64,000 nucleotides of DNA, from NCBI GenBank assembly GCA_963785235.1, contig CAWAUM010000012.1, positions 128,001-192,000 of the forward strand, given 5' to 3'. The notes under the pieces are model-generated. The model did no database searches and was not told where the DNA came from. It was given only the letters and a program-made list of their open reading frames with translations. The DNA is from an uncultured delta proteobacterium (GTDB lineage Bacteria > Desulfobacterota > Desulfomonilia > UBA1062). Of the stretch, positions 29,401 through 38,507 are shown one piece after another (within the stretch, counting starts at the first letter, position 1; every line of letters starts with the position of its first letter). Position numbers and translations under genes: made by a program.

Positions 29401-32117
29401 AGCGTGAATGCCGCCTGGGCGATGCTCCATCCGGCCGCGCGTACTGAGGCTGAGAGGTGCTGGCCCAGCAGCACATCTCGCGGCTTCCGGCACATTTCAA
29501 GAACCGATGCAACCATGGGCTGAACCAGGAGGATCCCGATCAACATGAGGGTCCAGAGCCAGGCTGGTGTCAAGACGGTCCAGGAAAGCAGGAACAGCAG
29601 GGTCAATGCCACAGGCACGAGACTGCGGCGCAGGTTGTCTAAGATCTTCCATTGGGACAGCACCGTCAGCGGATTCTTCTCACGATGCCCGTCTTGAACC
29701 GGTACACGGGACAACAGCCACCGCGCAATCTGCCAATCACCGCGGATCCACCGATACCGGCGATTCACGTCCGTGCTGTAGCGAGATGGATATTCCTCGT
29801 AGAGCAGTACATCAGAGAGCAACCCCGAACGGGCATAGCACCCTTCCACAAGGTCGTGGCTGAGGATTTTGTTCTCGGGAAAGCGCCCACGAAGGGCCAG
29901 TTCGAAAGCATCTACATCATAGATTCCCTTGCCGATGAACGAACCCTCACCGAATACATCCTGGTAAATATCGGATACGACGCGGGTATACGGATCAATG
30001 CCCGGATCGCTTCCATACAGCCTGGCATACCACGATTGGTTCGTGCCCGGAATGCTCACGGCCACACGCGGCTGCAGGATGCCATACCCAACACTCACCC
30101 GCTGCATTTTATTGTCATAGAGCGCCCGGTTCAACGGATGAGCCATGGCTGCCACAAACTGCCTGGCTGATTCGCGCGGGAGCCCTGTATCCGTGTCTAA
30201 GGTAATCACATACCTGACGTCCTGTAACAGGTCCGTATTCCCGATAACGAGCGAGAAGCGATCCTTTGAACCCCCGCGTAGAAGCGAATTTAAATCCGCA
30301 AGCTTCCCCCGCTTACGCTCGTAGCCCATCCAGATGCGCTCCTGCGGGTTCCACAGGCGCGCTCGGTGAAAGAGGAAGAACGTGTCGGCCTTGGTGTCCC
30401 GATACTTTTCGTTCAACTCTTGAATTTTATTACCCACCAGCCGCACCAGGGATTCATCGGGTGGTAAAGTTTCCTCCTGTGCGTCAATGAAATCAGTCAG
30501 CAGGCCGAAGTGGAGGTTATCGTCACGATTTGCCAGGAACCTGACTTCGAGCGCCTCGACAAGATTTTCAATGTGCTGGACGCTTCCAAGCATGGTAGGT
30601 ATCACCACCAGGGTGTGGAATTCAGGAGGAATTCCTTCGGAGAAGTCCATACGCGGCAGGGAATGCGGCGTAACCAGCAATGTCGCCAGCCAGTTCACCA
30701 ACGCGTTAGCAAGATGGCTTGTGCATAAAACCAAGAGGATACCGGTCAGCATGAGGAGCCGTCCATGCAACCCTTCAGCATGGGCCTTCGCCAGCAGACT
30801 TAAGGTAAAAATCGCAGTCATCAGCGTTATCGAGCCTAGATAGAGAAGCAAAGGAAATCGGCTGCTCGTTCTTCGTAAGGTCTCTGCTGTGGATATGCGC
30901 ATCTGCGACATTTGTTCGAGCAGCGGCAAGCCCTTGTCGATCAGATAGAACCCGACATGTGCCTTTCGATCGTTATCGCCGCCATTTGCAGCGCCATCGT
31001 GCGCCAGTTGGATCGCATGCCTTGCAACCTCTTCTTCGGAAATCAGGCTGTTCTTCGCTATCTTCTCAACCACGTGACGGTATCGATCACGGGTGGCAAA
31101 ATCCATCTTGGGGTAGAATCCGGAAGGATCCTCCTGCAGTATCTGCTCGACAAAGCTCCTCATCTCGACGAATTCTTGCCAGTCAATGGCGCTTAAGAGC
31201 CGGAGACTGCCGATACTGTTGCTGATGGAGACCTGGTCGGAGGCCTGTTGCTGGGCCTCCAACTGAACCAACTGCTCAATGGTCAGGCCGGGTTCAAAGA
31301 GCCACTGCTCGATCCAGGTGAGCGGCAACGCCAGGGCAGGGCCCTGACCCTGCAGACGACGCGCAAGTTCTGCAACAAATGAGCTCGACTGTGGCGGTTT
31401 CGAACGCGCCATGTCCGCGATCACCATGATCAGGCTCTTCGGGTCCTTCTCGGCGATCGCTGTCATCTTGTCCGCCCATGAGTCGGCCAGGTTCCGATCG
31501 AGTCTGTCAGCGGCGACCCGAGCCCCAACGCGCCGCAGATTCTCGATCAGTGCAAGGCGCAGCATGATGGGTATTGCCCACAATTCGCCCAACTTCAGCG
31601 CTGTGACCTGCTGATAGGCTGCAATGAAACTGCTGAGGCTTCCCTGATCCACCCGTCCATCGCCGTGTGAGATCGTCTCCAGGGCGATATCATACACGCG
31701 CGGAAGCCCGGTCGATGGGCCGTTCAATAAGCGTGGCAGTTCGCGGCTGTAACCCTTAGGCAAATGTTTTTTGGCTGTGCGAATCTGCTCTTTTATCAGG
31801 TAGAAATTATCAAGCAGCCATTCCCCGGCCGGCGCAACCCGGCGATTCGCCTTTACGGCCGAAGTCAGCAGGTTGCAGATTTCAATCAGGACGCCTTCAT
31901 TTTCGGTCAGTCTCGACAGAAGCTGTTCCGGAGCACGTTTCTTCGTCACCTTATGCGAGTCCGCAAGCGCCCTTCCATGCTCCCTCATCTGGTCACGGCT
32001 GAGCAGTTCCGCCCTCAGCGGTGGCTCGTCAAGGGTGTATTTTTTTGGAAATTTATCGATTATGCGTGACTTCATAGAAAGCAGGGACTTGTGAATCGAT
32101 TTGTCGGTAAAAATCAC
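23412..32117 (-). CDS. ndvB: Cyclic beta-1,2-glucan synthase (GT84 + glucoamylase-like + GH94 domains)
   Basis: 2901 aa; EWLLDNFY, GYERKRGKL, TLDTDT, LSHDL, RWIRGDWQ, RTSPTN, YDLLASEAR, WGISES, GAFGFRDQLQD, GDWNDG, ENGGQYTH. Confidence 0.95.
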   Translation of the reverse strand: MIFTDKSIHKSLLSMKSRIIDKFPKKYTLDEPPLRAELLSRDQMREHGRALADSHKVTKKRAPEQLLSRLTENEGVLIEICNLLTSAVKANRRVAPAGEWLLDNFYLIKEQIRTAKKHLPKGYSRELPRLLNGPSTGLPRVYDIALETISHGDGRVDQGSLSSFIAAYQQVTALKLGELWAIPIMLRLALIENLRRVGARVAADRLDRNLADSWADKMTAIAEKDPKSLIMVIADMARSKPPQSSSFVAELARRLQGQGPALALPLTWIEQWLFEPGLTIEQLVQLEAQQQASDQVSISNSIGSLRLLSAIDWQEFVEMRSFVEQILQEDPSGFYPKMDFATRDRYRHVVEKIAKNSLISEEEVARHAIQLAHDGAANGGDNDRKAHVGFYLIDKGLPLLEQMSQMRISTAETLRRTSSRFPLLLYLGSITLMTAIFTLSLLAKAHAEGLHGRLLMLTGILLVLCTSHLANALVNWLATLLVTPHSLPRMDFSEGIPPEFHTLVVIPTMLGSVQHIENLVEALEVRFLANRDDNLHFGLLTDFIDAQEETLPPDESLVRLVGNKIQELNEKYRDTKADTFFLFHRARLWNPQERIWMGYERKRGKLADLNSLLRGGSKDRFSLVIGNTDLLQDVRYVITLDTDTGLPRESARQFVAAMAHPLNRALYDNKMQRVSVGYGILQPRVAVSIPGTNQSWYARLYGSDPGIDPYTRVVSDIYQDVFGEGSFIGKGIYDVDAFELALRGRFPENKILSHDLVEGCYARSGLLSDVLLYEEYPSRYSTDVNRRYRWIRGDWQIARWLLSRVPVQDGHREKNPLTVLSQWKILDNLRRSLVPVALTLLFLLSWTVLTPAWLWTLMLIGILLVQPMVASVLEMCRKPRDVLLGQHLSASVRAAGWSIAQAAFTLACLPYEAFFSLDAVLRTTWRLLITRKRLLEWNPLGNHDSRTNLLSSYLTMWFAPCIAFAAIIQLALFRTASLIYAWPILGLWFASPAVAWWISRPFARLQAQLSADQTIFLRKISRKTWAFFETFIGPDDNWLPPDSYQENRPEQVAHRTSPTNMGLSLLANIAAYDFGYIPVGQVLMRTENAIRTMQALERHRGHFYNWYDTQTLKPLPPFYISSVDSGNLGAHLLTLRSGLLALPDHKIVSPRLFEGLRDTIEILVDSGAAAASVPLARFRNDLANSRLSTLAEVRACLDRLTKSAEDMVRVLDVDPENESTWWATTLARQCHYALDELTFLAPWTALPDGSERLSDFKVMGEIPTLSQLASFDKELQRAIRQPQAANVTPEETGLLVKLRDLISEASFHAQERIGEIESLTRQLNELAHMEYGFLYDKTRHLLSIGYNIGENQRDSSFYDLLASEARLSCFVAIAQGQLPQESWFALGRLLTNVGGDPVLLSWDGSMFEYLMPLLIMPTYENTLLDRTYKAAVERQIEYGMHHGVLWGISESGYNMVDVHLNYQYRAFGVPGLGLKRGLAEDLVIAPYASALALMVAPEAACLNLQRLAQQGFAGRFGFFEAIDYTPSRQTRGQANAVVLAFMSHHQGMSLLALAYTLLDRPMQQRFESDPLFRSTTLLLQERVPKATSFYSHTTELSELRTTPAGPETPVRVFSSPDTPVPEVQLLSNPRYNVMVTNSGGGYSRWKDMAVTRWREDTTSDNWGTFCYIRDMESSEFWSSSYQPTLKQPKLYEVIFSEGRAEFRRRDNDIDMHTEIAVSPEDDIELRRVRITNRSRRHRTIEVTSYAEVVLAPPATDALHPAFSNLFVQTEILNQHRAILCTRRPRSKGDPVPWMFHLMAVHGAHTGEVSYETDRMRFIGRGNTLVNPQALRGSAALSGSDGSVLDPIVAIRHLVMLDPGKSATVDMVLGIAETRETALSLMEKYQDRRLADRVFDLAWTHSQVILRQLNITEADAQLYGRLAGSVIYANSSLRAEAGILIKNNRGQSGLWGYAISGDLPIVLLQIKDPSNIELVRQLVQAHAYWRLKGLIVDLVIWNEDHAGYRQLLHDQIMGLIAAGIEVNVTDRPGGIFVRLAEQISSEDRILFQTVARAIITDSHGALAEQLYRRGALEAALPLLNPTRTHRLEPKAVSALPRHDLNFFNGIGGFTPDGKEYVITTAQDQMTPAPWVNVLANPRFGSIISESGLAYTWSENAHEFRLTPWNNDIVGDLSGEAFYLRDEERGHFWSPMGLPSQGATPYVTRHGFGYSVFEHTERGIRSEVWVYVALDAAVKFTVLKVRNESGRSRRLSVTGYVEWVLGDLRPKSAMHVVTGIDPTSGALFARNPYNTEFAGRVAFFDVDDATRSVSGDRAEFIGRNGTLKNPAALKRTRLSNKVGAAFDPCAAIQVPFELAAGQEREIIFRLGTGLDVDDAVKLVNRFRGSVAARGELETLWQFWNQTHGAIQVETPDMAVNIMANGWLLYQTLVCRLWARSGYYQSGGAFGFRDQLQDVMALIHTKPHLVREHLLLCAAHQFREGDVQHWWHPPLSRGVRTHCSDDFLWLVMATCRYVLSTGDTGVLDEPVGFIEGRPVNQDEDSYYDLPAHSEVVAALYEHCVRAIVKGLNFGEHGLPLMGSGDWNDGMNLVGEHGRGESVWLAFFLYDVLMQFSEVARMHGDLSFVERCQREADQLRWNIEQSGWDGQWYRRAYFDDGTPLGSASNPECRIDSIAQSWSVLSGAGDPVRSRMAMKEVDQRLVRRDVGLIQLLDPPFDKSDLNPGYIKGYVPGVRENGGQYTHGAIWVTMALAALGDHAGAWELLAMINPINHARSAGEVNTYKVEPYVVAADVYALSPHTGRGGWSWYTGSAAWMYRLIVESLLGLKLDVDKLRFAPCLPVKGWETFKVLYRYRETFYHIIFQQTHDVLGEMLVELDGQVLKDKAIPLVDDHREHNVKVIIPAAVT

Positions 32118-32420
32118 TCTTGAGGTCTCCTTTTGACCTTACCCATGTTTACGGCTGCATTCATCACTAAAACCCTCCATATATCTTAGCTTCCAGGATG
32201 AACGAGTCAAGGACACAGGTCCATTTCATTACGGAAAGAAGAAGTGGTTTGTGTCGGACAGTTTTTACCTTTTTATGGATAGGGGTGGAGGTGATATATG
32301 CCGGGCGCTGGTATATCAATCGTGATTGCACAACCTGACCAGCGCCTTGCACTGTTCCCCGGTCAGATTCTACGGGAATAGTAATTCAAACGTCTTGTTT
32401 GATGATAGCTGATTGTCTCC

Positions 32421-32447
32421 TGGATCCCCGCTTTCGCGGGGATGACA
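32421..32447. repeat. REP-like palindrome, possibly ending the upstream operon transcript
   Basis: Minus strand gtcatccccgc-gaaa-gcggggatcca, ~45 bp downstream of the last operon gene. Confidence 0.65.
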
Positions 32448-32491
32448 GGAGTATGAGTTTTCAGTTGACGCTAGACTGACACAGCCACGCG

Positions 32492-34765
32492 TCAGGGCTG
32501 CGGGTAAGACACCCCGGGGTGATAGACGAGCGTCACCCTGAAATAGTACGGCGCACTGTTGTATCCTCCCCAGTCGTCATCAGGCTCCAGGTTCCTGCTG
32601 CCATCTGAGTTGTACAGATAGTTGAAGTCGCTGATACTGAAATAAGTCTGACCTCGCCATGGGTTGCCTACCCAGAACCTGCTCTCACCCGTGGCAGGTG
32701 TCCTGATATTCATGGTGGCAGGGACGTTGTTCTGCTTTCCCGCACTGGCCACAAAGCCATCAGACCCACTGATGCGATCGGATACCACGGCGTTCTTATT
32801 CCTGTCGGGATAGAACTTCCAAACGTACTCCGCGTCGGCTGCGGGTGCATAGAAATCTACATATATCTCATAATACCAACTGGTGGAAGTATCCAGAGGC
32901 TGGAAATCCATAAGGAACCAGTCCTGGTCGCCCTGGTAGTCAACATATCCAGCAATCCAGGGAAATGTGAGCGTGGTCAGCCCTGTCTGGGGTGTATTGA
33001 GCTCGGTTGTGACACCTGAACCTGAAAAAGCAAGCAATGACGTGTTCACACCAAAGATCTTACGGTTTACGGAATCCAGCTCCAAGGTCACCGGGTTTGA
33101 AGACGATTCCGTTGCCTCACTATAATACTCAACCGCAGCCTCAAAAGGAGGTGTTCCACTTGCAACAGCAGGCAGCGTAGTGGGGATATCTTTCACATCA
33201 ACGCGAATCGTATACGTTACATCGCTCCCCTCGTCATCCCTGAAATCGAATACCTTGAAAGAATAGACTCCTGCAGCAGAGCTGGCGGGTATGAGCAGGC
33301 TTGTCTTTAACTTCGTGGGAGCAGTCTCCGCATCAGGGTTCGTAAGGGTCTTGATCAACTGGGCGCCCATAATGCTCAAGGAGTATTCCACCTCGGAAAT
33401 GGGCGCATTGAAATAAACCTCGAGTATCTGGGGTTGTGCATGCGCAGGTATGGTTACATTATACCAGTCCGCATCACCCATGTAGCTGATCTTGCCGGGT
33501 GTGGTCAGGGTAGCCGAAGGCGTAAGGCCGATGGCATTCCCGATGGTGCTGTTGTCATTGGGCGGCGTGTCCGCACTGTCGATGATGTCGAGCATTCTCA
33601 CTGTTGACGTATATGCCGCGCCCTGGGTTATCTTCTGTCCGTCTCCGGCCTGGATCATGAGGTAGTAATTCCCGCTGCCCAGTTTGAGCTGGGTATGCAA
33701 CTCGGCAGCCCCCCCGGTATAGGTGCGGGAATAGACTACAGCCGAATTCGCATCAAGGATGTTGATCTTGTACTTGGCCCTGGTTGCAGCACTGAAGCTC
33801 AGGTGCAGAACCTGGAACCCCGATGACGCAGATGGTTTTGCTATCCGGTAGAAGTCTTTGTCTTCCGTGTAATCCAAAGATCCGTTGATGGTGTAATCCC
33901 GGCCGTACTGTCCGAGATCCACTGTTGTTGCACTAGCGACCACGTCATTCCCGTTAGCCTCTGTATTACTTACTGCATTGATACATACCTGGTACGGGGA
34001 GGCATTATCGAAATGGTCCTTCCCATAATCGCTTACAAGGACATGGTATACCCCTGCAGCCAGATAGTGGATGAGATGATAGTTTTTGGCACCAGAGCTG
34101 GACTGAGATTCTATGAGTTTCCCATTGCTATCGTACAAGGCGACATTGATCTGGACCGGGGTGCCGGTCATGGGTGTGAACGTAACGGCCGTATCAAAGA
34201 TACCGCCTGTAGAGATGAACTTGAAGCAATCGACATCCCCGACATAGCCTATGGTATTTGTGGGACAGGTTGCAGCTCCTGCGGTCAAGGTCACTGCCTG
34301 AGAGATGGAGTCGTTCCCTTCGGACTTGCCGGCATAATCAATGCTCAGGAAGTACGGGTCATTTGAGGCCTTGTCATCCTTGTAATCGCGTACTGCAATA
34401 TAGATGTCCTTGGGCTGGTCAATAACGGCCTTCAATGTCAGATTGGCAGGTACAAGGCTTTTTTCAGGGGCATGATCTCCGTAGATGATGGTCTTGTTGC
34501 CGTTGCTGTCAGCCTGGTAAAGCGTTACGAGGAGCTCCACATCAGGCCGAAGGGTCTCACTGGTGCATCTCACCTGTAAAACACTGCCCGGCTCTGTAGT
34601 TTTAAAGTGGTACCAGTTGACTGCACCGACATTGGAGATCTTCCCGGACACCCTTTCCTGCAAGGCCAGCTCATGTACCCCTGAGTTGGCGTGGTTCGAA
34701 GAGCCCTTGGAGCACGACACCATGAACAGAACCACTATAATGACACAATAGAAAGACCTTCTCAT
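32492..34765 (-). CDS. Lipoprotein with repeated PPC-like beta-sandwich domains (MtsF-like)
   Basis: Lipobox MVSC; repeats ISNVGAVNWY / IGYVGDVDCF / LDYTEDKDFY / ISYMGDADWY / VDYQGDQDWF. Confidence 0.7.
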   Translation of the reverse strand: MRRSFYCVIIVVLFMVSCSKGSSNHANSGVHELALQERVSGKISNVGAVNWYHFKTTEPGSVLQVRCTSETLRPDVELLVTLYQADSNGNKTIIYGDHAPEKSLVPANLTLKAVIDQPKDIYIAVRDYKDDKASNDPYFLSIDYAGKSEGNDSISQAVTLTAGAATCPTNTIGYVGDVDCFKFISTGGIFDTAVTFTPMTGTPVQINVALYDSNGKLIESQSSSGAKNYHLIHYLAAGVYHVLVSDYGKDHFDNASPYQVCINAVSNTEANGNDVVASATTVDLGQYGRDYTINGSLDYTEDKDFYRIAKPSASSGFQVLHLSFSAATRAKYKINILDANSAVVYSRTYTGGAAELHTQLKLGSGNYYLMIQAGDGQKITQGAAYTSTVRMLDIIDSADTPPNDNSTIGNAIGLTPSATLTTPGKISYMGDADWYNVTIPAHAQPQILEVYFNAPISEVEYSLSIMGAQLIKTLTNPDAETAPTKLKTSLLIPASSAAGVYSFKVFDFRDDEGSDVTYTIRVDVKDIPTTLPAVASGTPPFEAAVEYYSEATESSSNPVTLELDSVNRKIFGVNTSLLAFSGSGVTTELNTPQTGLTTLTFPWIAGYVDYQGDQDWFLMDFQPLDTSTSWYYEIYVDFYAPAADAEYVWKFYPDRNKNAVVSDRISGSDGFVASAGKQNNVPATMNIRTPATGESRFWVGNPWRGQTYFSISDFNYLYNSDGSRNLEPDDDWGGYNSAPYYFRVTLVYHPGVSYPQP

Positions 34766-34777
34766 TGGTATTCTCCT

Positions 34778-36385
34778 TTAATGGAGCAACTTGAAATCAC
34801 CCTGGGTAAGGGTGATGATTCTGTCACGGTCATCGATATTGACCACTACCTCTGCCATGCGGAATACCGGCGGGCTGTCGGGCCTGTCTTCCGGAACCTC
34901 GGCGATATAAAACCGGATAAGGTTATCCCCGGCATTCCACAGGGTTCCGTCTTCCTTCACATACTCTAGCGTATCTGCAAGATAGATGTTGGAGATATCA
35001 AAATTAAATTGGCGCACATAGGAGGCCATATCGTCCCCCTGGTTAATGGGCACAAGCCCTGCATCCTTGATGTCATAGATATAGCTGTTCAGTTCCCTGA
35101 TCTTCGGGTCATTGGAGGTAACGTTGGTGTGCCGCTGCACCTCCATCCAATCAAGCACACTGTCAAAGTCGGTATCCTTGTTGGTCTCCACTTCAAGGGG
35201 ATTGGTTCCTGAGAGGAACTCGATACCATCAGGGATGCCATCGGAATCCGTGTCCGGGTTGAGCCTGTTCGTGCCTTTGATATATTCCTCGCAGTCAGTC
35301 AGGCCGTCGTTATCCGAATCAACCCTTACCATGCCTGAGTCACAGATGCTGTCATGGGGATTCAGCGGGTCCAAAACATGGCCGGGAGAACTCGACTTGA
35401 TCTCGAAAAAATCGCTCAGGCCGTCGGAATCGGTATCTCTCCTGGTGGGATCGGTTCCATAAAATGCCTCTTCTTCGTCAGAGAGACCGTCTGTGTCACT
35501 GTCAATGTACACAAGGTCAACACCGGGTTTGACATTATAGTTGTATGCAGCAATGTACTTCACCTTGTATTCAATGGTCAGGCGCATATCCACGATATTG
35601 ATGAAGTCAATGGCCTCGGCATTTTCAAAGAGCCGGAACTGGCCGTTGCCCCTCTCTGCCATACCCTGCAGCGTTGTTTCCGCCTCCTGCTGACGTGCCT
35701 GGCCCGAGGCGTCGGCACCGAAATTGCCCAGCAGGAGGAAGGTATGGAAATTGAAAGACCCGACCCCGTATTCCGTGACCATGTCGGTCATATCCTGGAC
35801 CTTTTTCCATATATCCGCATCTGCCTGGGTCTGTCCCTGGGCATTGGGCACCCCGTCGCTCAGGAAGATGACGATGTACTTCGATCGAACACGCGCCTCT
35901 TCATTGGAGTTGATAATGTCATTGCGGATATCGGCAAAGACGGCATCCAACGTCCCGAGATAATCGGTGGTGGTGTCGTTCTGGACATCTGTCAGGATAT
36001 CTTCCAGTACTGTCGGGTCTTTGGTAAATCCGCCGGTAGTATCGAAAACCGTATTGCTCCACAGCATCACATCAAAGGAGGTGTTCTCGTTGCTGTTGAA
36101 TGCATTGATGAAATCCCTGGCTGCCTGGATGCGCATAAAATAGGGATCAGACCCTGCCACGATCCCCATCTCTTCATCGCCCATGCTCAATGAGCAATCT
36201 ATGGCGAACAGGACCTTTACCGGGAATTTTATCTCATCAGGGCTCTCGGTCAGGAACGAACCCTGAAGCCCCACCTTGGTCTGGACCTGGGTCCGCTCAA
36301 GGTTCGGGCTGTCAGTACACCCGAGCAGAACGGCCAGTACCGTCCCGAGAATGAATAGTGCTGCCTTATTTCTTTTCACACGCAT
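34778..36385 (-). CDS. VWA + Ca-binding (DTDxDG) repeat lipoprotein (MtsD-like)
   Basis: Lipobox LLGC; FPVKVLFAIDCSLSM (MIDAS DxSxS), TDY, FLSDGVP; DTDSDGLSD repeats. Confidence 0.8.
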   Translation of the reverse strand: MRVKRNKAALFILGTVLAVLLGCTDSPNLERTQVQTKVGLQGSFLTESPDEIKFPVKVLFAIDCSLSMGDEEMGIVAGSDPYFMRIQAARDFINAFNSNENTSFDVMLWSNTVFDTTGGFTKDPTVLEDILTDVQNDTTTDYLGTLDAVFADIRNDIINSNEEARVRSKYIVIFLSDGVPNAQGQTQADADIWKKVQDMTDMVTEYGVGSFNFHTFLLLGNFGADASGQARQQEAETTLQGMAERGNGQFRLFENAEAIDFINIVDMRLTIEYKVKYIAAYNYNVKPGVDLVYIDSDTDGLSDEEEAFYGTDPTRRDTDSDGLSDFFEIKSSSPGHVLDPLNPHDSICDSGMVRVDSDNDGLTDCEEYIKGTNRLNPDTDSDGIPDGIEFLSGTNPLEVETNKDTDFDSVLDWMEVQRHTNVTSNDPKIRELNSYIYDIKDAGLVPINQGDDMASYVRQFNFDISNIYLADTLEYVKEDGTLWNAGDNLIRFYIAEVPEDRPDSPPVFRMAEVVVNIDDRDRIITLTQGDFKLLH

Positions 36386-37151
36386 CTCCTATTCCGTCCT
36401 GGTCAGAATCTTTTTGATCCGGATTAGCAATATCCGGGCAGTTATCGCATGCATCTCCTATCCCGTCGCTGTCGGAATCATTATTGTTGTCACTGTGGAC
36501 CCGTGGGCAGAGATCAATGGAATCAATGAATCCATCGCTGTCAAAGTCGTTGTCGCACGCATCCCCTCTCCCGTCACTGTCCGTATCCGACTGAACAGGA
36601 TTACCGACATAGAGGCAGTTGTCTATTTCGTTGGGGATGCCATCACCATCCATGTCATCGTCGCAGGTATCTCCTTTGCCGTCGTTATCCGTATCGTTCT
36701 GCGAAGGGTTATAGGTAGTGGGGCAGTTATCCGAGGCGTTTAGTTTTCCGTCTCCATCGATATCATCATCACATGCATCACCTTTACTATCACCATCGAT
36801 ATCCTTCTGGTCGGGATTCGCCATATGAGGACAATTATCACAGGCATCGCCAATGCCATCGCCGTCGGAATCTGCCTGATCGTTCGGGAGATAGGCACAA
36901 TTATCCCTTGTGTCCAAATATCCGTCGGCATCGGCATCTTCATCCAGAGAAAAATATGGCCCAATGTCATATTGCACCAGTATCGGGCCTCCGCCGGACC
37001 CTCCGCCGCCTACTCCTCCTGCCGGAGGTGCGCCGCAGGACTGGTCAGGGCACTCGTCAAACCAGTCGTTAGGGTCGGTGATTGCAAAGGCCTGGGCGTA
37101 TATGATTAAAAGAAAGGCTGTGCAACTGATTATGATTTTACAATATTTCAT
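36366..37151 (-). CDS. Secreted thrombospondin type-3 repeat protein (MtsC-like)
   Basis: Signal peptide, ECPDQSCGAP-Gly-rich leader, many DxDGDGIGDACDNCP..NPDQ repeats. Confidence 0.85.
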   Translation of the reverse strand: MKYCKIIISCTAFLLIIYAQAFAITDPNDWFDECPDQSCGAPPAGGVGGGGSGGGPILVQYDIGPYFSLDEDADADGYLDTRDNCAYLPNDQADSDGDGIGDACDNCPHMANPDQKDIDGDSKGDACDDDIDGDGKLNASDNCPTTYNPSQNDTDNDGKGDTCDDDMDGDGIPNEIDNCLYVGNPVQSDTDSDGRGDACDNDFDSDGFIDSIDLCPRVHSDNNNDSDSDGIGDACDNCPDIANPDQKDSDQDGIGDACEKK

Positions 37152-37163
37152 GATCGCTCCCCT

Positions 37164-38506
37164 TTAACGGTAGAAAAGATAGATGGTCTGGTCAGTGTTC
37201 GAGTATGAGCAGATATATGCGGTGCCTGCATTATCGAACCAAAGCGTGTTATAGTTGCCGATATCGCCTGTAGAGACAACAGTCTCCTTGACCCATGACG
37301 CGCCGCTCCTGCTTGCCAGCATAAGGTCTTTCAGACTCAGGCTCCCGCTGTTGTTCTGCATGGAGTAGTAGGCTATTGATGGATTCCCCGATGAATCAAA
37401 GGCCAGAGAACAATACTTGCCGCAGAAAGTGCTCTCATCCACTATGGTTGAAGTCCAGGAAGAAGATGTCTTGGCAGCATATTTCAGACACTCCTTATGG
37501 GTTATGCCCGAGGCATCCTGATATTCACCGGTAATGTAGTAGGCAACACACGGATTGCCGTTCTTGTCCAGGGCAGCGCTGATACCGCCGACCGTAAAGC
37601 CTGTCTCAACCCATTCATGCCCCCAGGTGCCGTCACTCTGCCGGTATGCAACGCGAAGACCTTTTGTATCAGGATCCGAAAGATTCGGCTTCAGGTCCGC
37701 ATAGTAGAATATGACAGGGTTCTCGTTCTTGTCGAGGATAAGGGCTGCATGGGCACCGACCCTGTTCTGCGCGCTTGCCGAACCGTCCGGATTATAGAAA
37801 TTCCCTTCAACCGCCTCTTCCGTTGCCTCGGCGCCCAGGGATGACCCATCCTTTTCCACATAGAGCAGGTCAGGGTAATTGAAGTTCATGGCATCGATGC
37901 CTTCGTAGAAGAACTGGTAACACAGGTGGATATTGCCGTGGGAATCAAGGGCGGTAGATACATACTTACCGGCAAGACCGTCTTGGAATACGGGATTACG
38001 CTCTACAAAACCAATTCCTCCTGTGTACTCCGCCCACGAACCACTTTGAAGGACACTCACCATGGCATCGGACTGCTGCTCCGATCCACCTGCCCTGACG
38101 GTTCCACCCTGGTATGCAATAGCCACAAGACCGCCCTGCCCCAACGCCATACCAAGGGTCCGGCAGTTGTCTATATCAATGACCGTATCACGGGAAATCT
38201 CGCTTTGAGTCCCCATATCCCAGACGATATGATTGATGCTGTAGTCGCCCGGTATTGTCAGGCTATCCGTGAAAAAAGCGATATGGAGCTGTTTGTTGCT
38301 GTCAACAGCAGCCTTGACCTGGGGAAGCAAAAGGCCGCCGGCCGGCAACTGCTCGATACTGACCTGATGCCAGGTGCTTACCGGGTTGTTGATGATTGCC
38401 TTGTTACCGTCACCCTTTCGTATCACTACCCCCTGATCCCCCGCCGCAGTTGGAGAAAAAAACCAGGGCTATAAAGAGGCATATTAGTATGCCCGAGAGA
38501 ACGCAT
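37164..38506 (-). CDS. Beta-propeller-like lipoprotein (possibly MtsB-like); two indels in the 5' end
   Basis: Frame-corrected N-terminus MRSLGILICLFIALVFFSNCGGGS; repeats 'G.Y.SLA.D..GNP.IAYY', 'W..E.V'. Confidence 0.7.
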
Positions 38507-38507
38507 A

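Noticed and set aside
35100-36950. Repetitive DNA in the TSP3 and VWA genes as a possible array
   Set aside because: Explained by DxDxDG Ca-binding protein repeats; no identical direct repeats with unique spacers
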